The notes under the pieces: model-generated
Database searches by the model: none
Seen by the model: the letters and a program-made list of their open reading frames with translations, nothing else
What the model was told of the DNA's origin: nothing
Program-made: the position numbers and the translations under genes
Virus record (IMG/VR): IMGVR_UViG_3300026488_000015
Span: 1-64,000 of that record
From: a virus
Reading direction: 5' to 3' (one strand)
Length of the DNA stretch: 64,000 nucleotides
Part shown: positions 27,770 to 36,411 of the stretch, piece by piece
How the letters are laid out: every line of letters begins with the position of its first letter
How positions within the stretch are numbered: position 1 is the stretch's first letter

Positions 27770-28565
27770 TTGGTATCCTCTTTTTGGGTAATAAGAAAGC
27801 ACAATCTAACTTACAAGACTCTCTGCTACATATTGTTTTATTATATTCTTTTATGATATTTAGATTTTCTTCGTTCATTTCCATATCAATATTATGGTTG
27901 CAGTCATTGGAACGCATATAGTTATTCACTACATCTATTTCGTTATAATCACACTCGTAGTCTTTGAAGTGGACTTGTACATCATTGTATCTAGCCATAT
28001 TTTTAAGATGGGGTAGTTTAATATCGTATACCCAATCTTCTATGATGTCTTTATCGTTGTCGCCATTTGTTACATCGTGAATAAATGTTATAACTGTATT
28101 AACTTTCAGTCTAGTTATCAATTTCAGCAAAGGTTTAGTCATATTTTGGGCAGGTACCGTTAATTCTACTGTAATACCATTAGAAACAAATTTCTCTATA
28201 TTTCTAAAGAATAGTTCATCATCTGTTTCTTGTAAGTGATACGAAAATGTCCAAGTAAAATTTGAGGCGAGTTCTAAATCGGCCGTGTCAAAAAAATTAG
28301 TGGTACCATTAGTGTATATGTGGCCTTCGTGGTCTAAATCTCTAACTACTACTAATACTCGCGAAAATCTAGGGTATAATGTAGGTTCACCACCTATAAG
28401 ACTTATGATACTTCTCGGAAAGTCTTTTAATAATGAAAGACCTTCTTTAATTTTATCGAAACTTAATAAAGTATTCCATTTCATATCAGCACGAGCATAA
28501 CAATACGAGCAGTTCTGGTTGCACATAGTATTGATATAATAATTGAACTGATATTTTAAATTAAT
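27762..28565 (-). CDS. Radical SAM enzyme (possible ATT start at 28565; first ATG at 28526)
   Basis: CNQNCSYC, GGEPTL, SYH, CSRESCKLDC; AAAGGA 6 nt before an in-frame ATT. Confidence 0.8.
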   Translation of the reverse strand: MNLKYQFNYYINTMCNQNCSYCYARADMKWNTLLSFDKIKEGLSLLKDFPRSIISLIGGEPTLYPRFSRVLVVVRDLDHEGHIYTNGTTNFFDTADLELASNFTWTFSYHLQETDDELFFRNIEKFVSNGITVELTVPAQNMTKPLLKLITRLKVNTVITFIHDVTNGDNDKDIIEDWVYDIKLPHLKNMARYNDVQVHFKDYECDYNEIDVVNNYMRSNDCNHNIDMEMNEENLNIIKEYNKTICSRESCKLDCAFLLPKKRIPNE

Positions 28566-29389
28566 GTCATATCCTTTGTTGTTCTAATTGTACCAGTACA
28601 ATCAGTGCATTCACTTCTTTGGCAATCAAATTTATTATTATAACTCTTAAAGAACATAGGGTTCGTAAATATGTTATCCATAACATTATTACAATCGTTA
28701 GAAATACTTCCGTCTATTGCTATATTTAGCTCTTGTATAGTACATAGACCAATATCTTTAGGTATTATTTTTTTGTGTATTTTAAAATAATCACGATAGT
28801 TATATAGGATTCCATCATATAAGTATTCCTTATCACCCATATTCAAAAAGAGCATATCACTCAAATCTTCATTTACAATCGTATCATCATCATAAACCAT
28901 AGAATGTTCAATTTTATAACCCAAGGTATCTAATTCTATATAACGCATCTTGAATAATTCTGTCTGCGTCAAAACTACATTAACGATTGCATCACCAGGT
29001 ATTTTTAAATTATCCTTAAAAGCGTTGTATTCTGTAATATTTATATCGTGGAGAGTAAATACATAAATAGCATCTAAGCCGTACTTGCCTTTAATACAAC
29101 CATTAGTCAAAATAACGGTGTTCAATACTTTAGTATTGCTGTTGCATTCATTCACTATTTCTTCGATATTGGGGTGGGCTAATGCCTCTCCACCAAATAA
29201 TAAGATATTAAAGTCAAACCTAGAAAATTTAGTGCATTTTAGAATATACTTAATTCTATCTAGCGTTTGTACTTCATCCCACTTCTTATCTTTTCTAGCA
29301 AAACAGTAAGGGCAATTCAAATTACAAACTGTGGTAATATCTATGAAAAGATTTATTGTGTTATCTTCAGTTTCGGTATATTTGAACAT
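28556..29389 (-). CDS. Radical SAM enzyme
   Basis: CNLNCPYC, GGE, TNG, C-terminal CQRSECTDC. Confidence 0.88.
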   Translation of the reverse strand: MFKYTETEDNTINLFIDITTVCNLNCPYCFARKDKKWDEVQTLDRIKYILKCTKFSRFDFNILLFGGEALAHPNIEEIVNECNSNTKVLNTVILTNGCIKGKYGLDAIYVFTLHDINITEYNAFKDNLKIPGDAIVNVVLTQTELFKMRYIELDTLGYKIEHSMVYDDDTIVNEDLSDMLFLNMGDKEYLYDGILYNYRDYFKIHKKIIPKDIGLCTIQELNIAIDGSISNDCNNVMDNIFTNPMFFKSYNNKFDCQRSECTDCTGTIRTTKDMTLI

Positions 29390-29994
29390 ATTATCTCCTT
29401 TAGTGATAAATTTTTGTTATCTATTCCTTGTTCAAAGAACATATCTTTATACAATTTATAATCATAAATATTTAATAGTTCTTGTAATAATTTTTCATCA
29501 TTTTCGTTGTGATATTTAGTAGGGAATTGTATTTCTGTTTTTTTGAATATAATTTGAGATAACTGGAATAAGGCAAAGTCTCTCGATGTCAATTTATATT
29601 TAGTTTTATTCAAAATATACTCTTTAAACATAAAAACTGTTTTGTTATCATCGTATGCTTTATATAAACCTATATGCAAACTAGACTGGTTTATATTATA
29701 TAATACATTTGCCAAATTCATTATTATATCATCATCTTCTAAGTACATAATATATTCACCAGTACTTAAATCGTATAAGTATTCGTACAAATCATTAACA
29801 TTTGCTGTCGAGTAATAGTAGCGCACTTTGCTATGAGGTATTTCGGTAATATCGTTGCTATCATTATTTACGATTATCTCAAAATCTTCAAAGCTGTTTA
29901 TACTTAATTCCTTTAGTAAGCTGTTTATACACTCTTCAAATAACTTTGGTCTATTATGTGTTAGAATCAGCACACTTAATTTTAGGGCTCTCAT
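29353..29994 (-). CDS. Glycosyltransferase family 2
   Basis: LSVLILTHNRP, EIIVNND, GEYIMYLEDDD. Confidence 0.85.
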   Translation of the reverse strand: MRALKLSVLILTHNRPKLFEECINSLLKELSINSFEDFEIIVNNDSNDITEIPHSKVRYYYSTANVNDLYEYLYDLSTGEYIMYLEDDDIIMNLANVLYNINQSSLHIGLYKAYDDNKTVFMFKEYILNKTKYKLTSRDFALFQLSQIIFKKTEIQFPTKYHNENDEKLLQELLNIYDYKLYKDMFFEQGIDNKNLSLKEIICSNIPKLKITQ

Positions 29995-29996
29995 AC

Positions 29997-30863
29997 TTAT
30001 TTCTTTTTGTTGAATTTATAATAATCAGAACACCTGCAGCAATCAACTATACAAGTATTATATTGTAATAATTTTTCTGTTGTTATCATAAGCCCCATAT
30101 TTGCACTCGTACAACTATCATAGAAATTGCCGTTAGGCGATATTCTATAAGTAGTTTGCCTACATTGATAGCCTTTGAACTTATGTAGATTCTGTGAGTG
30201 TATTTCAAATTTCTTGAATGTTTTTGTTGTGCCGTCAGAAAAAGCATAAGGTATATCTACTTCATCAGCACCCTCTACAAAATATCTGTTAAAACTCTCT
30301 GGTATTCTATTTTCGTTTTTCCAACCAGTCGTATCTGATAAGAAAGCTGGGCTACTAGGGAACTTAGTATTTTCCAAAACAATTTTACATTTATCAAGGT
30401 AATCATCCAACAAAGAGACTGATATTTTAAGACCGAAAGTTGGAGTAAAATCATATAATTTCTCCATAAATACAGTATCGTATTCAGGATGGTAGGATAT
30501 CATCATATCAAATTTGTCATTTAGCTTATTAAATTGCTCGTAATATTTGTTTGGTTTAGCAAAATTAGTTATTAACTCGGTATTAGTGCAATTAGGTATA
30601 TTTGTTAGTGCCTCTAATATCTCATATAAATCTTCGTGTAGTGTAGGTTCACCACCAAGCACCAAAATAGTAAAAGGCATATCTATTTTTTTGAGTTTAG
30701 CTATTACAAATTTCCACATCTTGTTTTTTTGAATATATGCATCTGGAACTTTATTGCTAGCAAATACATTACAATATGAACATTGGAACTGGCAATAATC
30801 AGTAATAACCCAATTAAATTCTAACACTTTGGGGTCTTTATACCCGGCCTCAATCACTTCCAT
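29997..30863 (-). CDS. Radical SAM enzyme
   Basis: CQFQCSYC, GGEPTLH, SYHPE, FKGYQC...C...CIVDCCRC. Confidence 0.88.
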   Translation of the reverse strand: MEVIEAGYKDPKVLEFNWVITDYCQFQCSYCNVFASNKVPDAYIQKNKMWKFVIAKLKKIDMPFTILVLGGEPTLHEDLYEILEALTNIPNCTNTELITNFAKPNKYYEQFNKLNDKFDMMISYHPEYDTVFMEKLYDFTPTFGLKISVSLLDDYLDKCKIVLENTKFPSSPAFLSDTTGWKNENRIPESFNRYFVEGADEVDIPYAFSDGTTKTFKKFEIHSQNLHKFKGYQCRQTTYRISPNGNFYDSCTSANMGLMITTEKLLQYNTCIVDCCRCSDYYKFNKKK

Positions 30864-30872
30864 TATATATCC

Positions 30873-31466
30873 TTATACTAGTATTGTAAGTTTCGGTGTC
30901 TTACTATGATTAAATAAGTTCACTAAATCTGATTTATCTACATTCATTTTATCTTTCACTATGCTATAAATTTTAAACATATTCTTTTTTGATAAGCCAA
31001 CTACATTGTCACCTATATCAGCACCAGTTACTCGTATGATTTTATCATTGTTGGTATCCAAGAACTGACCTAAGTTATGTATGTTATTATCAGTAACTAC
31101 AACCATATAATCTATATTTTTGAAATCAATAATAGGTACATACGCATCAAGATGCTCAGAGCAATGATAATATATATCGTTTATTTCAGTTAAGTAGTCT
31201 TGGTAGTTCTTCATAAACAAACCATTAGTATTTACAGCTATTATACATTCTTTCTTCTTCAGTTCCCTTAGAGTATAAATTAGTATATCTTCAGATACAA
31301 GGCCTGGTTCACCACCACTTAAAGAAACCATAGAACCTTTTTCTATGCTATTAAGGTGTTCTTTTATTGAATCAAAAGTAATCGTAGGTTTATTGTGAGT
31401 ATCCACCACACAAAAGTCACAAAACCAATTACATCTGTGTGTTAGCATTATACAATATTCTTTCAT
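30873..31466 (-). CDS. Radical SAM enzyme (short, core only)
   Basis: CNWFCDFC, SGGEP, NTNG. Confidence 0.85.
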   Translation of the reverse strand: MKEYCIMLTHRCNWFCDFCVVDTHNKPTITFDSIKEHLNSIEKGSMVSLSGGEPGLVSEDILIYTLRELKKKECIIAVNTNGLFMKNYQDYLTEINDIYYHCSEHLDAYVPIIDFKNIDYMVVVTDNNIHNLGQFLDTNNDKIIRVTGADIGDNVVGLSKKNMFKIYSIVKDKMNVDKSDLVNLFNHSKTPKLTILV

Positions 31467-32359
31467 ATAATACTCTTTATAATCTCTATGATACTATCAT
31501 CTTTTTTGAGTTCTATTTTGCTCATTGTTTCTAAATCCTTTATCCGCGCTTCTAATCCTTTATCTATGTAATCAACATCGTATTGGACTCCCAACCCGTA
31601 GTGTTTGCATTCTGCAATAAATCTTGGTGAGCAATCGAACTGCCTTTCTATTGGCGTATAGATGTATTTATTGAATTCAGAAAAAATGTCTTTGACTGGC
31701 ATTTCTATTTGTGTGATTCTATCATCTGTAAATGTTAATTTATTTTCTGAATTTGTTAGTACAAGGAAATTATCGTTGTTTTTCTCTAGTAGTGCTTTAT
31801 AATAATCGTTATTTAATGCCCTACAATTTTTTGTGGCGTATATTAATGTTCTATTTTTGTGTGTCGGGACTTCTTTGAATCTACTAAACAATATTTTTTT
31901 GATGTATTCGATAGAATTTACTTTAGCTCTCTCATAGATTCTGTGGTCTTGTAGAACATAGACATTTTCTTTAGTGTTTTCTTTAATGGGTAGATGACCA
32001 CAGCTGAATAAGAACATATTATCGTATATTATTTTTGTTTCATTTATCTTGTTTACGGCACCATCAGTAAATAGAATATTGTTACAAAGCACCACGAGGG
32101 GTTGCCTACTGAAAACAATTTTATCTGTTATTTGTTTAATTTCGTTATCAGTAAAATTGTATTTGCTTTTGATAGCTACTACATATTCTTCTAATGTTAT
32201 TTTCTCTGCATTTAATATGCAAACATTGAAGTGGTCTTTCAGTAGCCAAAAGTACTCGATGACTTCAAAAGTGTGACCACATATACCTTGGTCGTTGTTT
32301 TTGTGCCAAGAATATGTCAATACTAAATCGTATTGTTTCAGATTTATTATCTTGCTCAT
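31463..32359 (-). CDS. Hypothetical protein, possible GT-B glycosyltransferase (paralogue 1)
   Basis: G..GHTFEVIEYF and DCSPRFIAECKHYG shared with the next two ORFs. Confidence 0.5.
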   Translation of the reverse strand: MSKIINLKQYDLVLTYSWHKNNDQGICGHTFEVIEYFWLLKDHFNVCILNAEKITLEEYVVAIKSKYNFTDNEIKQITDKIVFSRQPLVVLCNNILFTDGAVNKINETKIIYDNMFLFSCGHLPIKENTKENVYVLQDHRIYERAKVNSIEYIKKILFSRFKEVPTHKNRTLIYATKNCRALNNDYYKALLEKNNDNFLVLTNSENKLTFTDDRITQIEMPVKDIFSEFNKYIYTPIERQFDCSPRFIAECKHYGLGVQYDVDYIDKGLEARIKDLETMSKIELKKDDSIIEIIKSII

Positions 32360-32367
32360 CTAGTTCC

Positions 32368-33147
32368 TTAATACGCTATAAAATCTTTTGTCACCTTGTA
32401 CTCAGCATCTATTTGGAAGATACTAGCACCCATTTCCATACAAGCTGTATACCGTTCATTGACTGAATCGTTTGTGTCTTCAGCATTGAGGACAACGAGG
32501 CTATTACCAAAATAGAATGCTTCAGGAATTATTCTGTTATTTCGTTCAAGATGCCTAGTGTGGTAGTAGATTATTTCTTTAAAATTGAAAATATCCAAAT
32601 CTTTATTGAAATCTTTGTACACGACATCATATTTTGCTACTTCTTCTATTGTGCTTTTATCGATAGAACCAATACCAAGAGCTAGATGAGAACAAAAGGT
32701 CTTATCTAGGTGTGGTGTCTTAGGTTTCATAAATTGAAAACCTATTTTAAATCGTTCTTTAATATTAAACTTTTGATAATCGTAAAAACCATATACAGAA
32801 TCTTGCTCTCTAGCATTATGGTCACCATCATTAGAATACAGAAAAATTTTATCTATCTTCTGTGTAAAGTTTTGTATTTTATTATAAGTAAAGGTATCGA
32901 GTACTAATGCCTTTTTTGTTACACTCTTAAGCAAATCGATAGGCTTTATCTTTACTACATTATCAAGATTTATTATATCATACTTTTCCTTAATAATACC
33001 TTTAATGACATCTATATCACCATCAAAAATGACGCATAACTGTACATCTTCGTACTTGGAAATATATAAGAAATGTTCTATACAGTAAAATAATATACCA
33101 GTCATAATGAGGTTTGGGTTTACATAGATTATAATTTTTGAATTCAT
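32368..33147 (-). CDS. Hypothetical protein, possible GT-B glycosyltransferase (paralogue 2)
   Basis: TGILFYCIEHF and ERNNRIIPEAFYFG. Confidence 0.5.
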   Translation of the reverse strand: MNSKIIIYVNPNLIMTGILFYCIEHFLYISKYEDVQLCVIFDGDIDVIKGIIKEKYDIINLDNVVKIKPIDLLKSVTKKALVLDTFTYNKIQNFTQKIDKIFLYSNDGDHNAREQDSVYGFYDYQKFNIKERFKIGFQFMKPKTPHLDKTFCSHLALGIGSIDKSTIEEVAKYDVVYKDFNKDLDIFNFKEIIYYHTRHLERNNRIIPEAFYFGNSLVVLNAEDTNDSVNERYTACMEMGASIFQIDAEYKVTKDFIAY

Positions 33148-33148
33148 A

Positions 33149-33868
33149 CTAATCCTTAAGGAAATCTTGTATCATTGAATCGCTAGCATCTAAGATGAAT
33201 TCTTCTATCGGGGATTGTAACCTATCTTGAATGCTATCATCAAAATCTAGTTTATTGTCTATTATTAGTTCTTTGTTGAAATATCTTGCTTCAATAACAA
33301 ATCTATTATTAGTATCAAAACCATTATGTACATACTTCCAAGTTTTGTATTCCATCAAATTCATAAAGGTATTAGGTTTTTTTGCGTCCTCTCCATTTAT
33401 TTTATGCATATCTAAAGATGAACGAAAAACCTCATATTTTTCTTCATATTTCTTATGGTATTTTAGCCCTAATTTTAGTCGCTCTCTTCTGTTGAATTTT
33501 TGATAATTATAATACCCGTAAGTGTTTGTAGATACCTCATTATTACCGTTTTCAGAATACAAGAAAATACTATATCTGATTAATGGTTTACATTTAATAT
33601 AGGTATTGGTATCTAATATCAAAACTTTGTCGTTTATTATTTTAAGTAGGTTTGTGTAATTTGAAAATATTATGAATTCGTTTAGTTTTTTATCGTAGTT
33701 ATACTTGGCACTAAACACTTCCATAATTTTACTGAAAGTGGCTTCATCAGTTCTCAATATAAGTTGAGTAGGTTCTATCTCGTTAAGAACCAAAAAGTAC
33801 TCCATAGCATAGAAAAGTGTACCGTTAATGATTTTTTTAGGCATTACATAATATAGTACACTTTTCAC
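33149..33868 (-). CDS. Hypothetical protein, possible GT-B glycosyltransferase (paralogue 3)
   Basis: NGTLFYAMEYF and DTNNRFVIEARYFN. Confidence 0.5.
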   Translation of the reverse strand: MKSVLYYVMPKKIINGTLFYAMEYFLVLNEIEPTQLILRTDEATFSKIMEVFSAKYNYDKKLNEFIIFSNYTNLLKIINDKVLILDTNTYIKCKPLIRYSIFLYSENGNNEVSTNTYGYYNYQKFNRRERLKLGLKYHKKYEEKYEVFRSSLDMHKINGEDAKKPNTFMNLMEYKTWKYVHNGFDTNNRFVIEARYFNKELIIDNKLDFDDSIQDRLQSPIEEFILDASDSMIQDFLKD

Positions 33869-33876
33869 AAAAACTC

Positions 33877-34485
33877 TTATCTATTCATTTTATCGTAAGC
33901 AATATAAAAATCACCGAGAATTTTATCAACCTCTTCTGTATCTTTTGCATTAATGATTTTCTTCACAAAATCAGCACACATATTCCCAAAGTCAATAGAT
34001 GTAGTTACTTTATCTAAGAGTATTAAGTAGCTTTCTAGTTTTTCTATGATTGCTTCATCATCTTTTTCAATAATTTCAATATATTTTTCTTCACGATTAC
34101 TATTAGTGATTACAAACCCTTCGGCAGTAAGTTCATTGTTTAAAACAGTAAAAGAAACAATATCTAAAGATGTCATATTTGCCATATTATATGACATCTT
34201 CTTATTTACTCTCATCATATTAATTTTCTTATATACTTCAAATTCATCTACTGCTTCATCAGAAATATTAATATCCCCTGGAAGTGCTTCATCAGTTATC
34301 ATTTCTTTATTAATAGTGATGGTCTTCCCTTCTGAAAGACCATCACTAATCAACTGATAACTATTATAAGAAAGCTTAATAACTTTATCCTCTCTATTTG
34401 CTAAACCGTCAAACGAACTTTTAGTAGTACCAGTCACTAAATAATGAGTACCTCTATCTTCTACTATTGCTAATTCAAATATCAT
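33877..34485 (-). CDS. Hypothetical protein downstream of the Cys-rich gene
   Basis: AAGGAG SD; C-terminus IINAKDTEEVDKI loosely resembles fibre-chaperone/DUF4376 endings. Confidence 0.65.
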   Translation of the reverse strand: MIFELAIVEDRGTHYLVTGTTKSSFDGLANREDKVIKLSYNSYQLISDGLSEGKTITINKEMITDEALPGDINISDEAVDEFEVYKKINMMRVNKKMSYNMANMTSLDIVSFTVLNNELTAEGFVITNSNREEKYIEIIEKDDEAIIEKLESYLILLDKVTTSIDFGNMCADFVKKIINAKDTEEVDKILGDFYIAYDKMNR

Positions 34486-34509
34486 TTTAAATCTCCTTTA
34501 ATTTTATTT

Positions 34510-35010
34510 TTATGCATAGTTACAACCACAATTACCGTGACAAGTACACACGCTGTGGCCGCCGCAGTCACTATTACATATACAATCAGTTCTAAGCGAA
34601 TTGTATAATGCTAACATATCTGATGCTAATTTACTTGCATAAACAATGCTACCAGCAGAGACGGCACCAGTCGAACCGTGCCCTGTGCCGTTTAAATCAA
34701 CAATCAATTTATTAAAATCGTTTGCATAAACAGTATCACCTACAGCGATTCCCGCTGTAGCAGTTGTACTAAAATTATAGTTACCATTCTGATTCCATCT
34801 AGCAATTTCATTAATTGTGTTTGCTCTTAATAATTCTAAATCTGATGCGTTAATTATATTCCCAGCAGTTGCATTTGATAATGCAACTACTCTATTAGAA
34901 GCACAAGATGCTCTATTATACGAGCAACTATCAGTAGTACAATTACTAGTACAATGCGAAGGAGTACACCACCCCGTAGATGTTGCCGCCGTCCCTGAAC
35001 CTACTGCCAT
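34510..35010 (-). CDS. Cys-rich protein, candidate radical-SAM substrate or virion appendage
   Basis: 12 Cys in terminal clusters; three G..(I/V).A...L repeats; AGGAGG SD; directly after rSAM/SPASM gene. Confidence 0.75.
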   Translation of the reverse strand: MAVGSGTAATSTGWCTPSHCTSNCTTDSCSYNRASCASNRVVALSNATAGNIINASDLELLRANTINEIARWNQNGNYNFSTTATAGIAVGDTVYANDFNKLIVDLNGTGHGSTGAVSAGSIVYASKLASDMLALYNSLRTDCICNSDCGGHSVCTCHGNCGCNYA

Positions 35011-35011
35011 A

Positions 35012-36130
35012 TTATTTTCCTCCTAAAAGTTGCGAGAGAGCTCTATCTACTTTTCCAAACGCTTGATAGTAACCACATAAACCGTGAACTTGGTTATCTA
35101 ACCATTTATCTTCGTAAGAATCCTTTTGTGAAGCAGCATAAGATGAAGTAGGACAAACAAAACAAGTAGTTGCTACACAACTTTTGCATTGCTCGTTTGT
35201 CTTAGCTATCATCTTACTAAACTTCTCTCTATCTAACTTATTTATATCACCGTCAAGCGATAAAAGTTTGTGGTTCTCTTTATCATCAAGATATAAAGCA
35301 CCGTGGCACGGGTAGAAATTACCATCTGTGTCAAGTATAGTCATATTCTTACCAGAAGAACAAGTAAATCTAGTATCATCTCCTCTGTACCAACTGAATA
35401 GCATATGACCAAATTCTGAATAAAAGTCTAATTCTAGTGCACTTATTTCTCTAATTGCTTGTTCAAAATAAGGCAAATAAGTATTAGGGTCTTGAAGTTT
35501 TGTATGGTAATCAAGAGTAGGTGAATATCTAACATAGGTCGTTTCGCTATCATATTTTCTTTTTAAATCTCTAAATTCTTTCCATACAGTAACCATATTA
35601 TGCACCTCAGATAAAGGGAGTGTGCTTTTTAGGCTTAATGATTTTAGTCCTGCTTTACTCAACCAATCGAAAGTTTTAAGTACTTTATCGGCTGTTGATT
35701 CGCCTTTATGGTCTATACGGAATTTATCGTTAATTATTCTACCATCATACGATACTTGTACTCGTAGCTTAGAAGCATCAACACTATTAATGAATTTTTC
35801 CATAGTGCTTTGGTTAAAAGCATTAGTATATAAGTGATAATCAATATTATCATAATCGTGGAAATAGTTCATAAGCTCAGTCATAACATAGTTATTAAGA
35901 GTAGGTTCTCCACCCCAAAAATCTACACCAAGAGTATCATATTCTGCTTTAAACCAATCAGACGCTAAGGTTTCTTTAATTTTTTCTATATATTGAGGTA
36001 TATTTTGGTTTACTTGTTTATTATCAACAGCTTTTTCACCTTCAAAACAATATGTACAAGCCATATCGCAAGTCGTTACTGTGGTAATTTCAAAATTGAA
36101 CCCTCCTTTTGTCTGTATTCTATCACTCAT
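35012..36130 (-). CDS. Radical SAM/SPASM maturase
   Basis: CDMACTYC, WGGEPTL, SYDG; SPASM C.SG...DG.FYPC...CKSC....C..CP...C. Confidence 0.9.
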   Translation of the reverse strand: MSDRIQTKGGFNFEITTVTTCDMACTYCFEGEKAVDNKQVNQNIPQYIEKIKETLASDWFKAEYDTLGVDFWGGEPTLNNYVMTELMNYFHDYDNIDYHLYTNAFNQSTMEKFINSVDASKLRVQVSYDGRIINDKFRIDHKGESTADKVLKTFDWLSKAGLKSLSLKSTLPLSEVHNMVTVWKEFRDLKRKYDSETTYVRYSPTLDYHTKLQDPNTYLPYFEQAIREISALELDFYSEFGHMLFSWYRGDDTRFTCSSGKNMTILDTDGNFYPCHGALYLDDKENHKLLSLDGDINKLDREKFSKMIAKTNEQCKSCVATTCFVCPTSSYAASQKDSYEDKWLDNQVHGLCGYYQAFGKVDRALSQLLGGK

Positions 36131-36402
36131 TACATTTTCCCTTTCATTGATAGAATATCATCTATTATGGTTTGTAATTCAGCTTCTTCCATTTTATCTG
36201 CTTCAAGTTTTATCTCTTCTAGCATTTTATTACCCATATCCGCCAATATTGCACTCATTTCAGTAGATACTGGTAGCAACTCTACTGATGCCTCCATCAG
36301 TTTTGTAGAAGCCGCAAATAGATGAGCGTTTCTATCATTCTTAGATAAGATAATTTTCTCTACTCTATTAGCAGAATTCTCGTTTAGTGTTTTATTAATC
36401 AT
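36130..36402 (-). CDS. Small helical hypothetical protein between two SPASM enzymes
   Basis: AAGGA SD; coupled to the next gene. Confidence 0.7.
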   Translation of the reverse strand: MINKTLNENSANRVEKIILSKNDRNAHLFAASTKLMEASVELLPVSTEMSAILADMGNKMLEEIKLEADKMEEAELQTIIDDILSMKGKM

Positions 36403-36411
36403 TATGTTCCT

